This document shows, in pieces, positions 15,742 through 26,709 of a stretch of 64,000 nt of DNA. Location of the stretch: positions 377,456,001-377,520,000 of the forward strand of contig OZ024741.1 of assembly GCA_964016885.1 (NCBI GenBank), read 5' to 3'. Position numbers and translations under genes: made by a program. The notes below the pieces were generated by a model. That model was not told where the DNA came from. It saw only the letters and a program-made list of their open reading frames with translations, and searched no databases. Source of the stretch: Eledone cirrhosa (lineage: Eukaryota). The first letter of the stretch is position 1; every line of letters starts with the position of its first letter.

Positions 15742-16089
15742 ACTGGTAATGTATTGTATGTTAGCTCAACAGTATGGAGCAGTTAATAATGTTAAGGATG
15801 CTATTTATGGTTATGTATATACTAAAACCTTTTACAGTTATATATATGTTCAACCCTAAACAGTGAAGGTCAGTAATTAATTACTACCTTATTACCAGTA
15901 AGATAAATAGCTCAATGTAATAACTGTCAGCAATTATCCAGTGCATTACTGGTACTGCACTGGGTAATTGCTGGTCTTGTGCCTAAAGTAGAAACAGTTA
16001 TTACATTGAGCTATTAATAACAACAGTTGTTCTACAGAGCAGTTATATAGAATTCACAAGAATCAAAGCTATGTTCAAAGCATTTATTA

Positions 16090-16134
16090 ACTTACAATTG
16101 TTTCATCCAAACCTAGGCTTGGGGTCTTAGGAGC
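16090..16134 (-). ncRNA. Degenerate minimal type I hammerhead in the 5' pLTR
   Basis: Same sequence as 11738-11782. Confidence 0.55.
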
Positions 16135-17027
16135 ATTTTTCAATGTTTGTACACATGATTGACCTCCTTTCCAACGCAAGAGACATACAGATACATATGT
16201 ATATATTGATGTACAGTGGAGTGACATATATTATATTAAATTACTTCTGTATAGCAATTCAAATTCAAAGTCAAGATCAATATCAAAATTAAAACAAAGT
16301 TAAAATTAAAACAAACTTAAAATACATTCGGCAGTTAACATAGATAATGCAAGAGGATAGTTTGTTAGTCAGATGTAGTAGTTATTGTATGCGTTAGTTA
16401 TGTGTGTCTCATTTATATATGATTATTGTGTGGCAGGGTGTTACATGTAATACAAGCACTTTACGTGGGTAAGTAAGAGTATTACGGAGTTTGGAGTGGT
16501 AAGGTATTTTTTGTATATGATAAAAAAGTATGTGCGCAGAAAATAGAAATAGAAGGGAGAAGCAAAAGAAAGTTATGGTTTTCGTATCCACCACCATTTT
16601 CACATTCAGGAAATGTAATATATAGTTTATACATCCATCACATAATTAACGATGATTCCGTATTGGATGTTTGATGCATTAAATTAAACTATTTTAGCTT
16701 GTTGCGGCTCAGTGTTTTTTAATCGATTTTATAGGGTAGGTTGTTTTTGTTGCGAATTTACATCGGTTTATTATCCGGAAGTATGTGTGTAATAGGGTGG
16801 GGGTGGGGGCTAATGCGTAACGGGAGGTAACTAGCTGTTTCCATGACTAAATTATTGTTCTAGCATACATTATAAGGTGTTTCAATTGAGTCCCTTCAAT
16901 TTGAATTGCTATACAGAAGTAATATAATATAATATATGTCACTCCACTGTACATCAATACATACATATGTATCTGTATGTCTCTTGCGTTGGAAAGGAGG
17001 TCAATCATGTGCACAAACATTGAAAAA

Positions 17028-17073
17028 TGCACCGAAGACACCAAGCCTTGGTTTGTATGAAACAATTGTATTT
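17028..17073 (+). ncRNA. Degenerate hammerhead in the inverted pLTR
   Basis: CCGAAGA-CACCAAGCC TT GGTTTGTAT-GAAA-CAATTG-TA; comparison with the other two copies suggests an ancestral CTGAAGA. Confidence 0.5.
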
Positions 17074-17125
17074 AATAAATGGTTTGAACATAGCTTTGAA
17101 TCTTGTGAACTCTCTCTCTATATAT

Positions 17126-17157
<32 letters not shown>

Positions 17158-17301
17158 ATATGTGAGTATAGGTGTATGAATGTTTATTTATGAGTATGTG
17201 CACATGTAAGAGGAGTGTACATATATTCACACAAGTGTATATATATATATATATATGTGTATGTGTGTGTGTGTATATATATAGAGAGATATATGTATAT
17301 A

Positions 17302-17378
<77 letters not shown>

Positions 17379-17499
17379 GTGTATGTGTGTGTGTGTGTGT
17401 GTATACGTGTATGTATATATGTATATATGCATGTATGTGTGTGGGTATATGTATGTATTTGTATATATGCATGCATATGTGTGTGTGTGTATATATATA

Positions 17500-17572
<73 letters not shown>

Positions 17573-17965
17573 ATGTATATGTAAATATGGGGGTATAGAT
17601 GTGTATGTGTGGATATAGATATGTATGGATATGTGTATATATATGATTATATGCATGCGTGTGGATGTATATTTATGTTTGCATTTATTTGTACGTATGT
17701 ATATTTGGGTTAGATATCAATATAACTGTACCTCTCTCTTTATATAGTGTGGATATATGGACTTTGTAGACAATTAAATTTATGTGTTTTAACTATTTCA
17801 AAATGTACTTATCTGAGTTTGATTGTTTATGCATAAACATACTTAGTAATGTTTAGAGCGTATAATTTGTTATATTATACTAAGTGCAATTTACCACACC
17901 GTACTATATTGTGTTGGTTAAGTTGTATATTATTGCATTACTATATCTCATTATCTTATTATAAT

Positions 17966-18120
17966 GGCAGTGGATTGGCAGTATCGGTAGAGGGTCGGAC
18001 GCCATGCTTTCCAAATCCCGCCGAGGTTGACTTTGCATTTCATCCTTACGGCGTCGATAAAATAAACTACCAGTAATGCACTGGGTGATTGCTGGCTTTG
18101 TGCCTAAAGTAGAAACAATT
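17966..18120 (+). mobile_element. tRNA-derived SINE (internally deleted), inserted in a PLE pLTR
   Basis: ggcagtggattggcagtatcggtag...cccgccgaggttgactttgcatttcatccttacggcgtcgataaa...ttgtgcctaaagtagaaac; same family as 35115 and 35901; absent from the 6950-8520 arm. Confidence 0.85.
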
Positions 18121-18492
18121 ATCTTATTATATTTTCTTCTTTTAATAAACTATCTTTCCTAGCCATAATATTAATTTATATTAACCTTAAAACTCAATAC
18201 AACACTAATCACCATTTATTTTGAAATTCCTTTTAAATTCACTATACAAGATACATTCAACTATCAGTTTGACAATCCCCTTCCTTCCTAATAGATTTGT
18301 ATGCCATTTCTACTAACACCCTTCAACCATTCCTTTCAAAGGGTCATGACCTAAACTAAAGTGTATTACTTTTCATCTTAACACCATATGAAGAAAAACA
18401 ATTTGATTCGTTAGTTCTTCAACTACCTCCACATAAGGACATGATACTAACAAGCTACTAATTCTGAGTAAGATTATTATTGAATAAAATTA

Positions 18493-18632
18493 TTGTTGCT
18501 TTTGGAAACAGCTGGTGATATGCATGTAAGTAAATGTTCTTTCTATCTGAGAGTTTGTAAACATACCTAGATCAATAACTGAGTATAGATACAATGCATT
18601 ATCACCTTCTAGAAACGATCGTAAAGCAGTGA
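18493..18632 (+). ncRNA. Type I hammerhead, long stem II, decayed U3-A8 core (TTGGAAA)
   Basis: Stem I TTGTTGCTT/AAGCAGTGA; stem II GGTGATA.TGCAT...ATGCAT.TATCACC; GAAA-CGATCG-TA. Confidence 0.6.
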
Positions 18633-18969
18633 AGTATATCTCTAATGGTTTGATTTTTTTATTTAATTGTTTTAACTTATATTATATATATATATCTATA
18701 TCCAAAATTAAGGTAAATTAAATGAATTTAATCTAAATCAAAATTATGGGTGTCATGCCAGAACATCACGCGCCATATCACCCGGAAAAATAAGCCCAAT
18801 GATTCTATCGAGTCGGTCCTAGCATTTTATAATAACTAGAAATGTATTAACATATATATAAACATGAATAATCACAGGAGATAATTTTTAAAAGCATGTA
18901 ACCACACATAGCTAGGTGGCCAGTTGCAGATTTTAACTCGTAGTGTAAACATGGATTGCTGGAAATTTT

Positions 18970-19066
18970 TCTTCCTTGTTGAAAATCCAAAAATATCTAC
19001 TTCCGTGACTTACCATCTGATTAATTGGTGAAATATATTTCTTTAATGGAATATATACAGGGAAGA
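18970..19066 (+). ncRNA. Type I hammerhead, U3-A8 core, apparently intact
   Basis: Stem I TCTTCCTTG/CAGGGAAGA (9 bp); TTGAAAA; T-CCAA...TTGG-T; GAAA; stem III TATATTTC/GGAATATA; AUA cleavage triplet ending at 19057. Confidence 0.78.
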
Positions 19067-19531
19067 TTAATCATATTTCAAGGTATCTATTTTTGAAGTT
19101 CTAGTCAACTTTATTTAGTTACCTACCTAGCTATGAGTGGTTACACGCTTGTAAAAATTATCTCCTGTGATTATTCATGTTTATATATATGTTAATCAAT
19201 TTCTAGTTATTATAAAATGCTCGGACCTACGATATAATCTTTGAGCTTATTTTTCCGGGTGATATAGCGCATGCTGTTCTGGCATGACACCCATAATTTT
19301 GATTTAGATTAAATTCATTTAATTTATCTTAATTTTGGATATAGATATACAAATACGGCTCCTTAATTGTAGAGCTAACTCTGTTGAAAGGAATCGGCTG
19401 CTGTTTCTAATTGTCGATAACCCTATTCACGCCATTGAGACGAAGCTGCTATGATGTGTAAAATCAACACGTGGTAATGGCCAGTTGCAGATTTGAACTC
19501 GTAGTGTAAACATGGATTGCTGAAAAATTGT

Positions 19532-19628
19532 TCTTCCTTGTTGAAAATCCAAAAATATCCACTTCCGTGATTTACCATCTGATTAATTGGTGAAATATAT
19601 TTCTTTAATGGAATATACACAGGGAAGA
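19532..19628 (+). ncRNA. Type I hammerhead copy 2 (U16.1 changed to C)
   Basis: Same as 18970-19066 but GGAATATA-CA-CAGGGAAGA. Confidence 0.7.
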
Positions 19629-20077
19629 TTAATCATATTATAAGGTATCTATTTTTGAAGTTCTAGTCAACTTTATTTAGTTACCTACCTAACTATGTGT
19701 GGTTACACACTTGTAAAAATTATCTCCTGTGATTATTCATGTTTATATATATGTTAATCAATTTCTAGTTATTATAAAATGCCCGGACCTACTCGATAGA
19801 ATCTTTGAGCTTATTTTTCCGGGTGATATGGTGCATGCCGTTCTGGCATGACACGCATAATTTTGATTTAGATTAAATTCATTTAATTTATCTTAATTTT
19901 GGATATAGATATATAAATAAGGCTCCTTAATTGTAGAGCTAACTCTGCTGTTCCTAGTTGTCGATAACCCTAGTCACCCCACTGAGACGAAGCTGCTATG
20001 ATGTGTAAACTCAACACGTGGTAATGGCCAGTTGCAGATTTGAACTCGTAGTGTAAACATGGATTGTTGGAAATTTT

Positions 20078-20174
20078 TCTTCCTTGTTGAATATCCAAAA
20101 ATATCCATATCCGTGATTTACCATTTGATTAATTAGTGAAATATATTTCTTTAATGGAATATATACAGGGAATA
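20078..20174 (+). ncRNA. Type I hammerhead copy 3 (core TTGAATA, decayed)
   Basis: Third tandem unit, same stems with a few substitutions. Confidence 0.65.
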
Positions 20175-20319
20175 TTTATCATATTATAAGGTTTCTATTT
20201 TTGAAGTTATAGTCAACTTTATTTTAGTTACCTACCTAACTATGTGTGGTTACACGCTTGTAAAAATTATCTCCTGTGATTATTCATGTTTATATATATG
20301 TTAATCAATTTCTAGTTAT

Positions 20320-20368
<49 letters not shown>

Positions 20369-20908
20369 ACAGAATATGTAACGAATATGTAAGCGGATGA
20401 TGAAAGAAATAATTCTCTCTGGTGCCGTGTGCAAAGACATAAGGCAGGATGGACAGGTCAATGTCCTGCCACTAGAAATAGCAGCAGTCGAAACGGCCAA
20501 AGTGTTATCTCTACCCTAGGGGGGGATCAATAATAATAAAGTATGAGTTCCTACGTGTAAAAAATACATATAGGGAAACAAGTATCATCCAACCGTATGC
20601 CAATGTTGTTCTATGGCAGGACATTGACCTGTCCACCCTGCCTGTTGTCGTTGCACACACCACCAGACATAATTATTTCTTTCAACATCCGCTCTCATTT
20701 GGGAACGGTTTTTTATGGCGTCAGTTTGATTTGAACTCGGGAATTTTATATTCTCCGATGGACAAGAGCCTTCTGATGATTGGTCTCTTCTCAATGGAAA
20801 TCCACTTGGGTTTTTCGTTTATTCTGGAGCCTGAAACAGCGGTAAAGCCACATATAGTAAGTACAGCGAATTTTTTTTAAAAACTTTTTCTCTATTTGCT
20901 AGACCTTG

Positions 20909-20978
<70 letters not shown>

Positions 20979-20982
<4 letters not shown>

Positions 20983-21370
20983 TAAACGGAATAGAAAATG
21001 CTGACAAATTGTTCACAGTTGAAAAACGGTTTAATTAGGAATAAAAGAGTATTAGTGATTGTATGGGTTAGTATTCAGTTGTGGTTTTAACTTTTTAAGT
21101 TTTTACCGGTTGCGCATTTCTAAATGCTTTTCAATAATAATTTTGAGATAGAGTGTCCGTGCTGTTTGCTCTGATCAGAGCAAACAGCACGGACACTCTA
21201 TCTCAAAATTATTATTGAAAAGCATTTAGAAATGCGCAACCGGTAAAAACTTAAAAAGTTAAAACCACAACTGAATACTAACCCATACAATCACTAATAC
21301 TCTTTTATTCCTAATTAAACCGTTTTTCAACTGTGAACAATTTGTCAGCATTTTCTATTCCGTTTACCAA
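20979..21370. repeat. Perfect spacer-less palindrome of about 390 bp (centre ctga|tcag, 21174/21175) containing a decayed HHR in each arm
   Basis: Arms match base for base as far as checked; + arm 21215-21245 reads TTGAAAA-GCATT TAGA AATGC-GCAA-CCGG-TA. Confidence 0.9.
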
Positions 21371-21426
21371 TATATAATAACTTGTGTGTTACACCTCTAT
21401 TCTTTTAACTATATATATATATATAT

Positions 21427-21599
21427 AGTTTTAATATAGATGAGATTCTACAGGACTAGAACTGTTTCATTCATTAGAAATCATCATGAATGAAACAGTT
21501 CTAGTCCTGTAGAATCTCATCTATATTAAAACTGTTATACTCTGCTATGTATTGAGTACCTTACTTACTGTGGTTACCTCCGATTCAACCCGGAATAAC

Positions 21600-21600
<1 letters not shown>
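21427..21600. repeat. Short fold-back pLTR fragment; HHR 21446-21486 (-) is cut at its core by the inversion point
   Basis: Minus strand TGATGA-TTTC TAAT GAAT-GAAA-CAG TTCTAGTC CTG-TA-GAA; same family as 52188-52320 and 57216-57280. Confidence 0.7.
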
Positions 21601-21662
<62 letters not shown>

Positions 21663-21672
21663 TAATATACAT

Positions 21673-21712
<40 letters not shown>

Positions 21713-21763
21713 TAATAAAAATAATGAATAAAAACAAAGAAACAGTTCCTTATATTAAAAAAT

Positions 21764-21901
21764 TCATCATTTTACGATCGTTTCTAGGATATATATGTGT
21801 GTGTTGGTATGTATATTATATAGATCTATGTAAAATTTTTACAAACTATCAGAAGGAATATACATACCTACACATATATATGCTGTCTTCAGAAATAATG
21901 A
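21764..21901 (-). ncRNA. Type I hammerhead with intact core and stem II of about 100 nt
   Basis: Stem I TCATTATTT/AAATGATGA (9 bp); CTGAAGA; CAG-C-ATATATATGTGT-A-GGTATGTATATT...AATATACATACC...ACACATATATAT-C-CTA; GAAA-CGATCG-TA. Confidence 0.82.
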
Positions 21902-22665
21902 TATTTGTTTATTGAAAAAAACCAACAAAGATTTAATATAATAGGTCTGTTTGGGAAGAGGTTTTGAATTGACCAATAGAAAGGTAGTAAGTGGTCAAGA
22001 TGGTAGAATAGTAGTAATGGAACTTTAATGTAGGGGTAGAGGAAGGCAGATTTCAGTTTTGAATGCAAAGAGTATAATGAATGAAAAGATAATTTTGGGG
22101 ATGAAAATAGGTCAAGTCGGTAAAAGGTACATGAAAATTTGAAATTATAAAAGAATAACGCTAATGTAAATATCTAAGGAGAATAACATTTTACGATAAA
22201 TGTGTTAGTGAACAATATCAATCTTATTTAAAACATAAGGAATTTACATCTATAAAAAGAAAATAAATTAATTAAATTCATAGGTATATTTATAGTGATA
22301 AATTTATATTAATTCATATAGATATGATAAATAAGAGTTAGATGTAATTGAAGAATGCTGTTAAAAACGAAGGGGAAAAAAATTATTACTTTTTTAATTA
22401 TTTTTATTATTATTTGTTTTACCTTGACTCTGTTTTCCTGTGTTTTTCATCGAAACAAATTTTTGAATACATCTCTTTTCGTGATATTCGGATTACATTG
22501 AGTTCTTCATACGGATTGGACACTACCGTACATTTTGGTAGATTTATCTACATACTTTGCTCCTAATTTTATGAAGGTATTCATATTTTTGTATATATAT
22601 ATATAATTTTATAACTCCCTCTATATATATAGTTGAGCGCTTTTTCTTGTCCATTATCCATATCA

Positions 22666-25191
22666 ATGGAAAACAATACTTGGGAACTTCTTTAAAGAAT
22701 ATACCAATACCTTCTAAGGATGAATTCTTACTTCTTATGATACAAAAAAACAACCAATTCATTAAAAGGGTCAGATGGAGGGCCTACCACTTCGATTAAA
22801 AAAATGTACTGATAAGAAATATTTATATGATTTCACTACATATACAATCCCACCACACAACTCCTTGCTTGAAAACTTCGAGAAAGACCTTTTTAACTTA
22901 ATCAAACACCTCAAATTTAAGAAATATAAATCTAATGTTTAAATGGATCTTGATTCTACCCTATTGGATCTAAAACAATCTAACAAAATCCATGTCCACT
23001 CTGACAAAACTGGAAATCTGTATCACATGGATATTGATAATTAAAATGAGTTCTTATATAAAGAACTCAGGAAAAATTATAAAAAAACAAACAATGCGGC
23101 ACTTACCAACATCAACAACAAAACACACAACATAGTAAATAGATTTAATATTGAAGATAGAACTGAACCTTTGGCACTGAAAAAAAACACATTTTAACCT
23201 GAAAGATCACAAATCTAATGTTAACTCTAATCCTTCTATAAGGCTTATATGCCCTTCCAAATCTGACATTGGCATCATTAGTAAAAAAAAATTGTAGATA
23301 GAGTCATCCCACAATTAAGAAAACATGTTAATTTACCACTCTGGGAAAACACATCCCAGGTAATTAACTGGTTTACTAATATTAGAAATAAATCTTCTGC
23401 TTCATTTCTTCAATTCGATATAGATGCTTATTATTCCTCTGTATCACCTATACTCCTGAACAAAGCCTTGATATTTGCCCAAAATAGATCAAACTTAACT
23501 ATGGATGACATTAATATTATCACACATGCTAGACAAACGCTACTGGAATTTCAGAGAGAATACTGGACCAGAAACACATATAGTAATCTATTCGACATTA
23601 CTATGGGCTCTAGTGATTCTGCCCAAATTACCGATCTTGTGGGCCTCTTTCTTCTATTTAACATAAATGCTTCTTTTCCCCACCTTAAAGGTGGTTTATA
23701 TCGTGACGACTGTCTTCTTCTTTCCAATAACCTTAGCCTATCAGAAATTGAAAAAAATAAAAAACACTTATTAGAACTTTCCTCAAAGACTATTATAGTC
23801 TCGATATTACATTTGAAAACACAAGTAAAGTAGTTAATTTCCTTGATATAGCATTTGACTTATCTACGGGTATCTACCAACCTTACCATAAACCTAACCA
23901 AAACTTACATTACATACACTCACAATCTAATCACCCTAAATCTATCCTTAAAAACCTAGCATATAATATCTCACTTAGAATTTCTAACCTTTCCTCTAAC
24001 CAGGATGTATTTGATAAAAATGCGACCTTTTATAACGAAGCTTTAGCTAGAAGCGGCCACAAAAACAAATTAGTATATATACCTTGTACCAATAACACTA
24101 CAAACATACAACCTAATATTACGAACAAACCCCAAATGAAATATATACACCTAAATGCTACTCACACTATACCCCAAAATACCAACATAAAACTTAATTT
24201 CTCTAACTCTTCTAATATACAATATAGTAACTTTCAAAAATCATTCCTCCTAATACTCCAATATATGTTAATAACAAAATTCTTAATAAACAGGCTAAAA
24301 CACCTAAATCAATGAATCTAACTAAAAATATGTGTAATAAAATGTCTAATACTAATTCTCTTAATAAACATCAGGATACATCCTATAAAAATAATAAACA
24401 ACATCGAAACCGTAATAGACCAGTTACTTGGTATAATACTCCATTTAATCTACAAATTAAAGATAATATACCCAAAAAAATGTTTACTATCCTAGAGAAA
24501 AACTTCCCGCCAAACCATAAATACCATCAAATTTTAAATAAATCAACGGTTAAATTCTCCTACTCAACAACCAAAAATATACAAAATATAAGTGCCTATA
24601 ATGCATATAAATGTAAAAGAAACCATGAAAAAACCACCAATACATCAAACTAACCATAATACTAAAATAAACCACAGCAAACAACCATCTTATTCACATA
24701 CAACAAGTTGTGAAAATTCCACACCTAATTTGACTATCTCCTCTGATACAGCATTCACGAAAGGTTGTAACTGTAGAAACAAAGCAAATTGCCCATTAAA
24801 AGGACATTGCCTTATTAATAACATAGTATATAAATGTAAAATTAACACTAAGGACTCAACTTATTCATATATAGGAGCTAGTTCTAACCAATTTAATGTA
24901 AGATTTAATACCCACAAACACTGTTTTAAAAATGCCGCATTGGCTAATACAACATCCTTAGCTGAAATAATTAATAATTATAGAAAAAGGAATATAGATT
25001 ATAACCTGACCTGGAGTGTGCTCATAAGAGCCACCCCTTATCAAAATAATAGATATGAATGTAGATTATGTTCCCAGGAACTTTTTGAAATAATGAAATC
25101 TAAGGATATCCTATTAAATAAGCGACAGGAATTAATTATATCATGTAATCATAAATTGAGAAGAACTTTTATATATTATAAACCTAATTAA
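22666..25191 (+). pseudogene. Frameshifted PLE ORF (RT + GIY-YIG)
   Basis: ORF-track pieces 23468-23833, 24312-24653, 24592-25191 plus an upstream decayed N-terminus. Confidence 0.9.
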
Positions 25192-25920
25192 TATACACTT
25201 TACAAATTATTATAATAACACTTTTTTAAAATTACTTAACCTATAATTATTATTCTACTACTAACGAACTGCATAATTTTATTTCCCTTTTACAGCTATC
25301 TTTTCCTAAAATTTATACCAATAAGTATACATATAAACTATTTTAATTTCAGGTTATGAATCTATATTCCTTATAATCTATATAAATTTGTTATTTCTCA
25401 CTAATAAATTTACCCCCCAATAATTATTATTATTATTATTTTTTATTTTCCCTTCGTTTTTAACAGCATTCTTCAATTACATCTAACTCTTATTTATCAT
25501 ATCTATATGAATTAATATAAATTTATCAATATAAATATACATATCAATTTAATTTTTATTTTATTTTTATAGATGTAAATTCCTTATGTTTTAAATAAGA
25601 TTGATATTTTTCACTAACACATTTATCGCAAAATTTTATTCTCCTTAGATATTTACATTAGCATTATTCTTTTATAACTTCAAATTTTCGTGTACTTTTT
25701 ACCGAATTGACCTATTTTCATCCCCAACATAATCCTTTCATTCATTTAACTCTTTCCATTCAAAACTGAAATCTGCTTTCCTCTACCCCTAACTTAAAGT
25801 TCCATTACTACTATTCTACCATCTTGACCACTTACTACCTTTCTATTGGTCAATTAAAAACCTGTTCCCAAACAGACCTGTTATATTAAATCGTTGTTGG
25901 TTTTTTTCAATAAACAAATA

Positions 25921-26055
25921 TCATTATTTCTGAAGACAGCATATATATATGTAGGTATGTATATTCCTTCTGATAGTTTGTAAACATTTTACATAGATCT
26001 ATATGATATACATACCAACACACACATATAAATCCTAGAAACGATCGTAAAATGA
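25921..26055 (+). ncRNA. Type I hammerhead with intact core and long stem II (3' pLTR copy)
   Basis: TTATTT-CTGAAGA-CAG...CTA-GAAA-CGATCG-TA-AAATGA. Confidence 0.8.
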
Positions 26056-26285
26056 ATTTTTTAATATAAGGAACTGTTTCTTTGTTTTTATTCATTATTT
26101 TTATTAATTTATCTTGACTGTTTTCCTGTATTTTTCATCGACAAATATGTTTGAATACATCTTCTCTTTTCATGATATTCGGATTACATTGAGTTCTTCA
26201 TACGGATTAGACACTACCGTACATTTTGGTAGATTTATCTACATATATATATATATTAAAATAACAGATTAAAGTTTAAACAAAG

Positions 26286-26322
26286 AATCGCGGCTTTCAC
26301 CCTTAACGGGGTCTTCTGAATT
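26286..26322 (-). ncRNA. Possible degenerate minimal hammerhead
   Basis: AATT-CAGAAGA-CCCC GTTAA GGGT-GAAA-GCCGC-GATT; core and cleavage triplet both mutated. Confidence 0.4.
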
Positions 26323-26389
26323 AAACAAAGTCAATCTGTAAACACTAGTATTGGATATTTCAAGGAGGAAGACAGGAACACGATAATTT

Positions 26390-26670
26390 GGTTCGTGGAA
26401 ACGTTCCCTGGCAAAGAACGGGAAAGAACGAATATAATACGTCATTAATAGGAGCGGTGAAAACCAATTACACGCAAATACAGAACCACATTTATAGTAT
26501 AGAAGAAGTCGTAGACTAATGTTCTCTTAGGTGGTTCATATAGACGTTCTCTGGCAATGAACGGAAAAAAACGAAGATAATACGTCATATGTGGAGAGTG
26601 AAGAACAATTGTACGCAAATAAAAAAACACGTAAATGGTATAACTGAAGTTGTAGACTAAAATTCTAACC
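26390..26670. repeat. Diverged tandem duplication, period about 142 bp
   Basis: acgttc.ctggcaa.gaacgg...taatacgtcat at 26401 and 26544; gaagt.gtagactaa at about 26505 and 26646. Confidence 0.75.
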
Positions 26671-26709
26671 AGGAAACCGAATGATTCTCCGCTTCAGAGT
26701 TAAGAATAA

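Larger units (their letters stand above)
11540..17110 (-). mobile_element. Near full-length Naiad-like Penelope element with direct pLTRs (11590-12530, 15840-16895) and an inverted partial pLTR (16895-17110)
   Basis: N-terminus MSTKNIPIPSKNTYEKLLINSVNSFINRVRW; RT motifs TMGSSDSGQVTDLVG and LYRDD; linker IFNPPFNLNV and CNCRSNRTCPL; IIYSC...YIGSTSNCFKTRYNSH; about 0.95 kb direct repeat visible by eye. Confidence 0.93.
17170..18690 (+). mobile_element. Distal pLTR of the 9320-10480 PLE copy, displaced by nested insertions
   Basis: Reverse complement of 6990-8000 (e.g. ccattcctttcaaagggtcatgacc, ctagaaacgatcgtaa). Confidence 0.8.
18690..20320 (+). repeat. ORF-less tandem repeat (units of 562 and 546 nt, about 2.5 copies) with an inverted 5' partial copy; retrozyme-like
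   Basis: ggccagttgcagattt.aactcgtagtgtaaacatgg at about 18917, 19479 and 20026; 18690-18915 is the reverse complement of 19130-19350; one HHR per unit. Confidence 0.88.
21715..26245 (+). mobile_element. Near full-length Naiad-like Penelope element with inverted 5' pLTR (21715-22400 vs 25430-26105) and short direct repeat (22420-22555 vs 26110-26245)
   Basis: SLKNIPIPSKDEF; LQFDIDAYYSS; TMGSSDSAQITDLVG; LYRDD; WYNTPFN; GCNCRNKANCPLKGHCLINNIVYKC...YIGASSNQFNVRFNTH; CRLC. Confidence 0.93.

Noticed and set aside
20773-20810. CTGATGA followed by GAAA
   Set aside because: No convincing stem III, NUH or stem I
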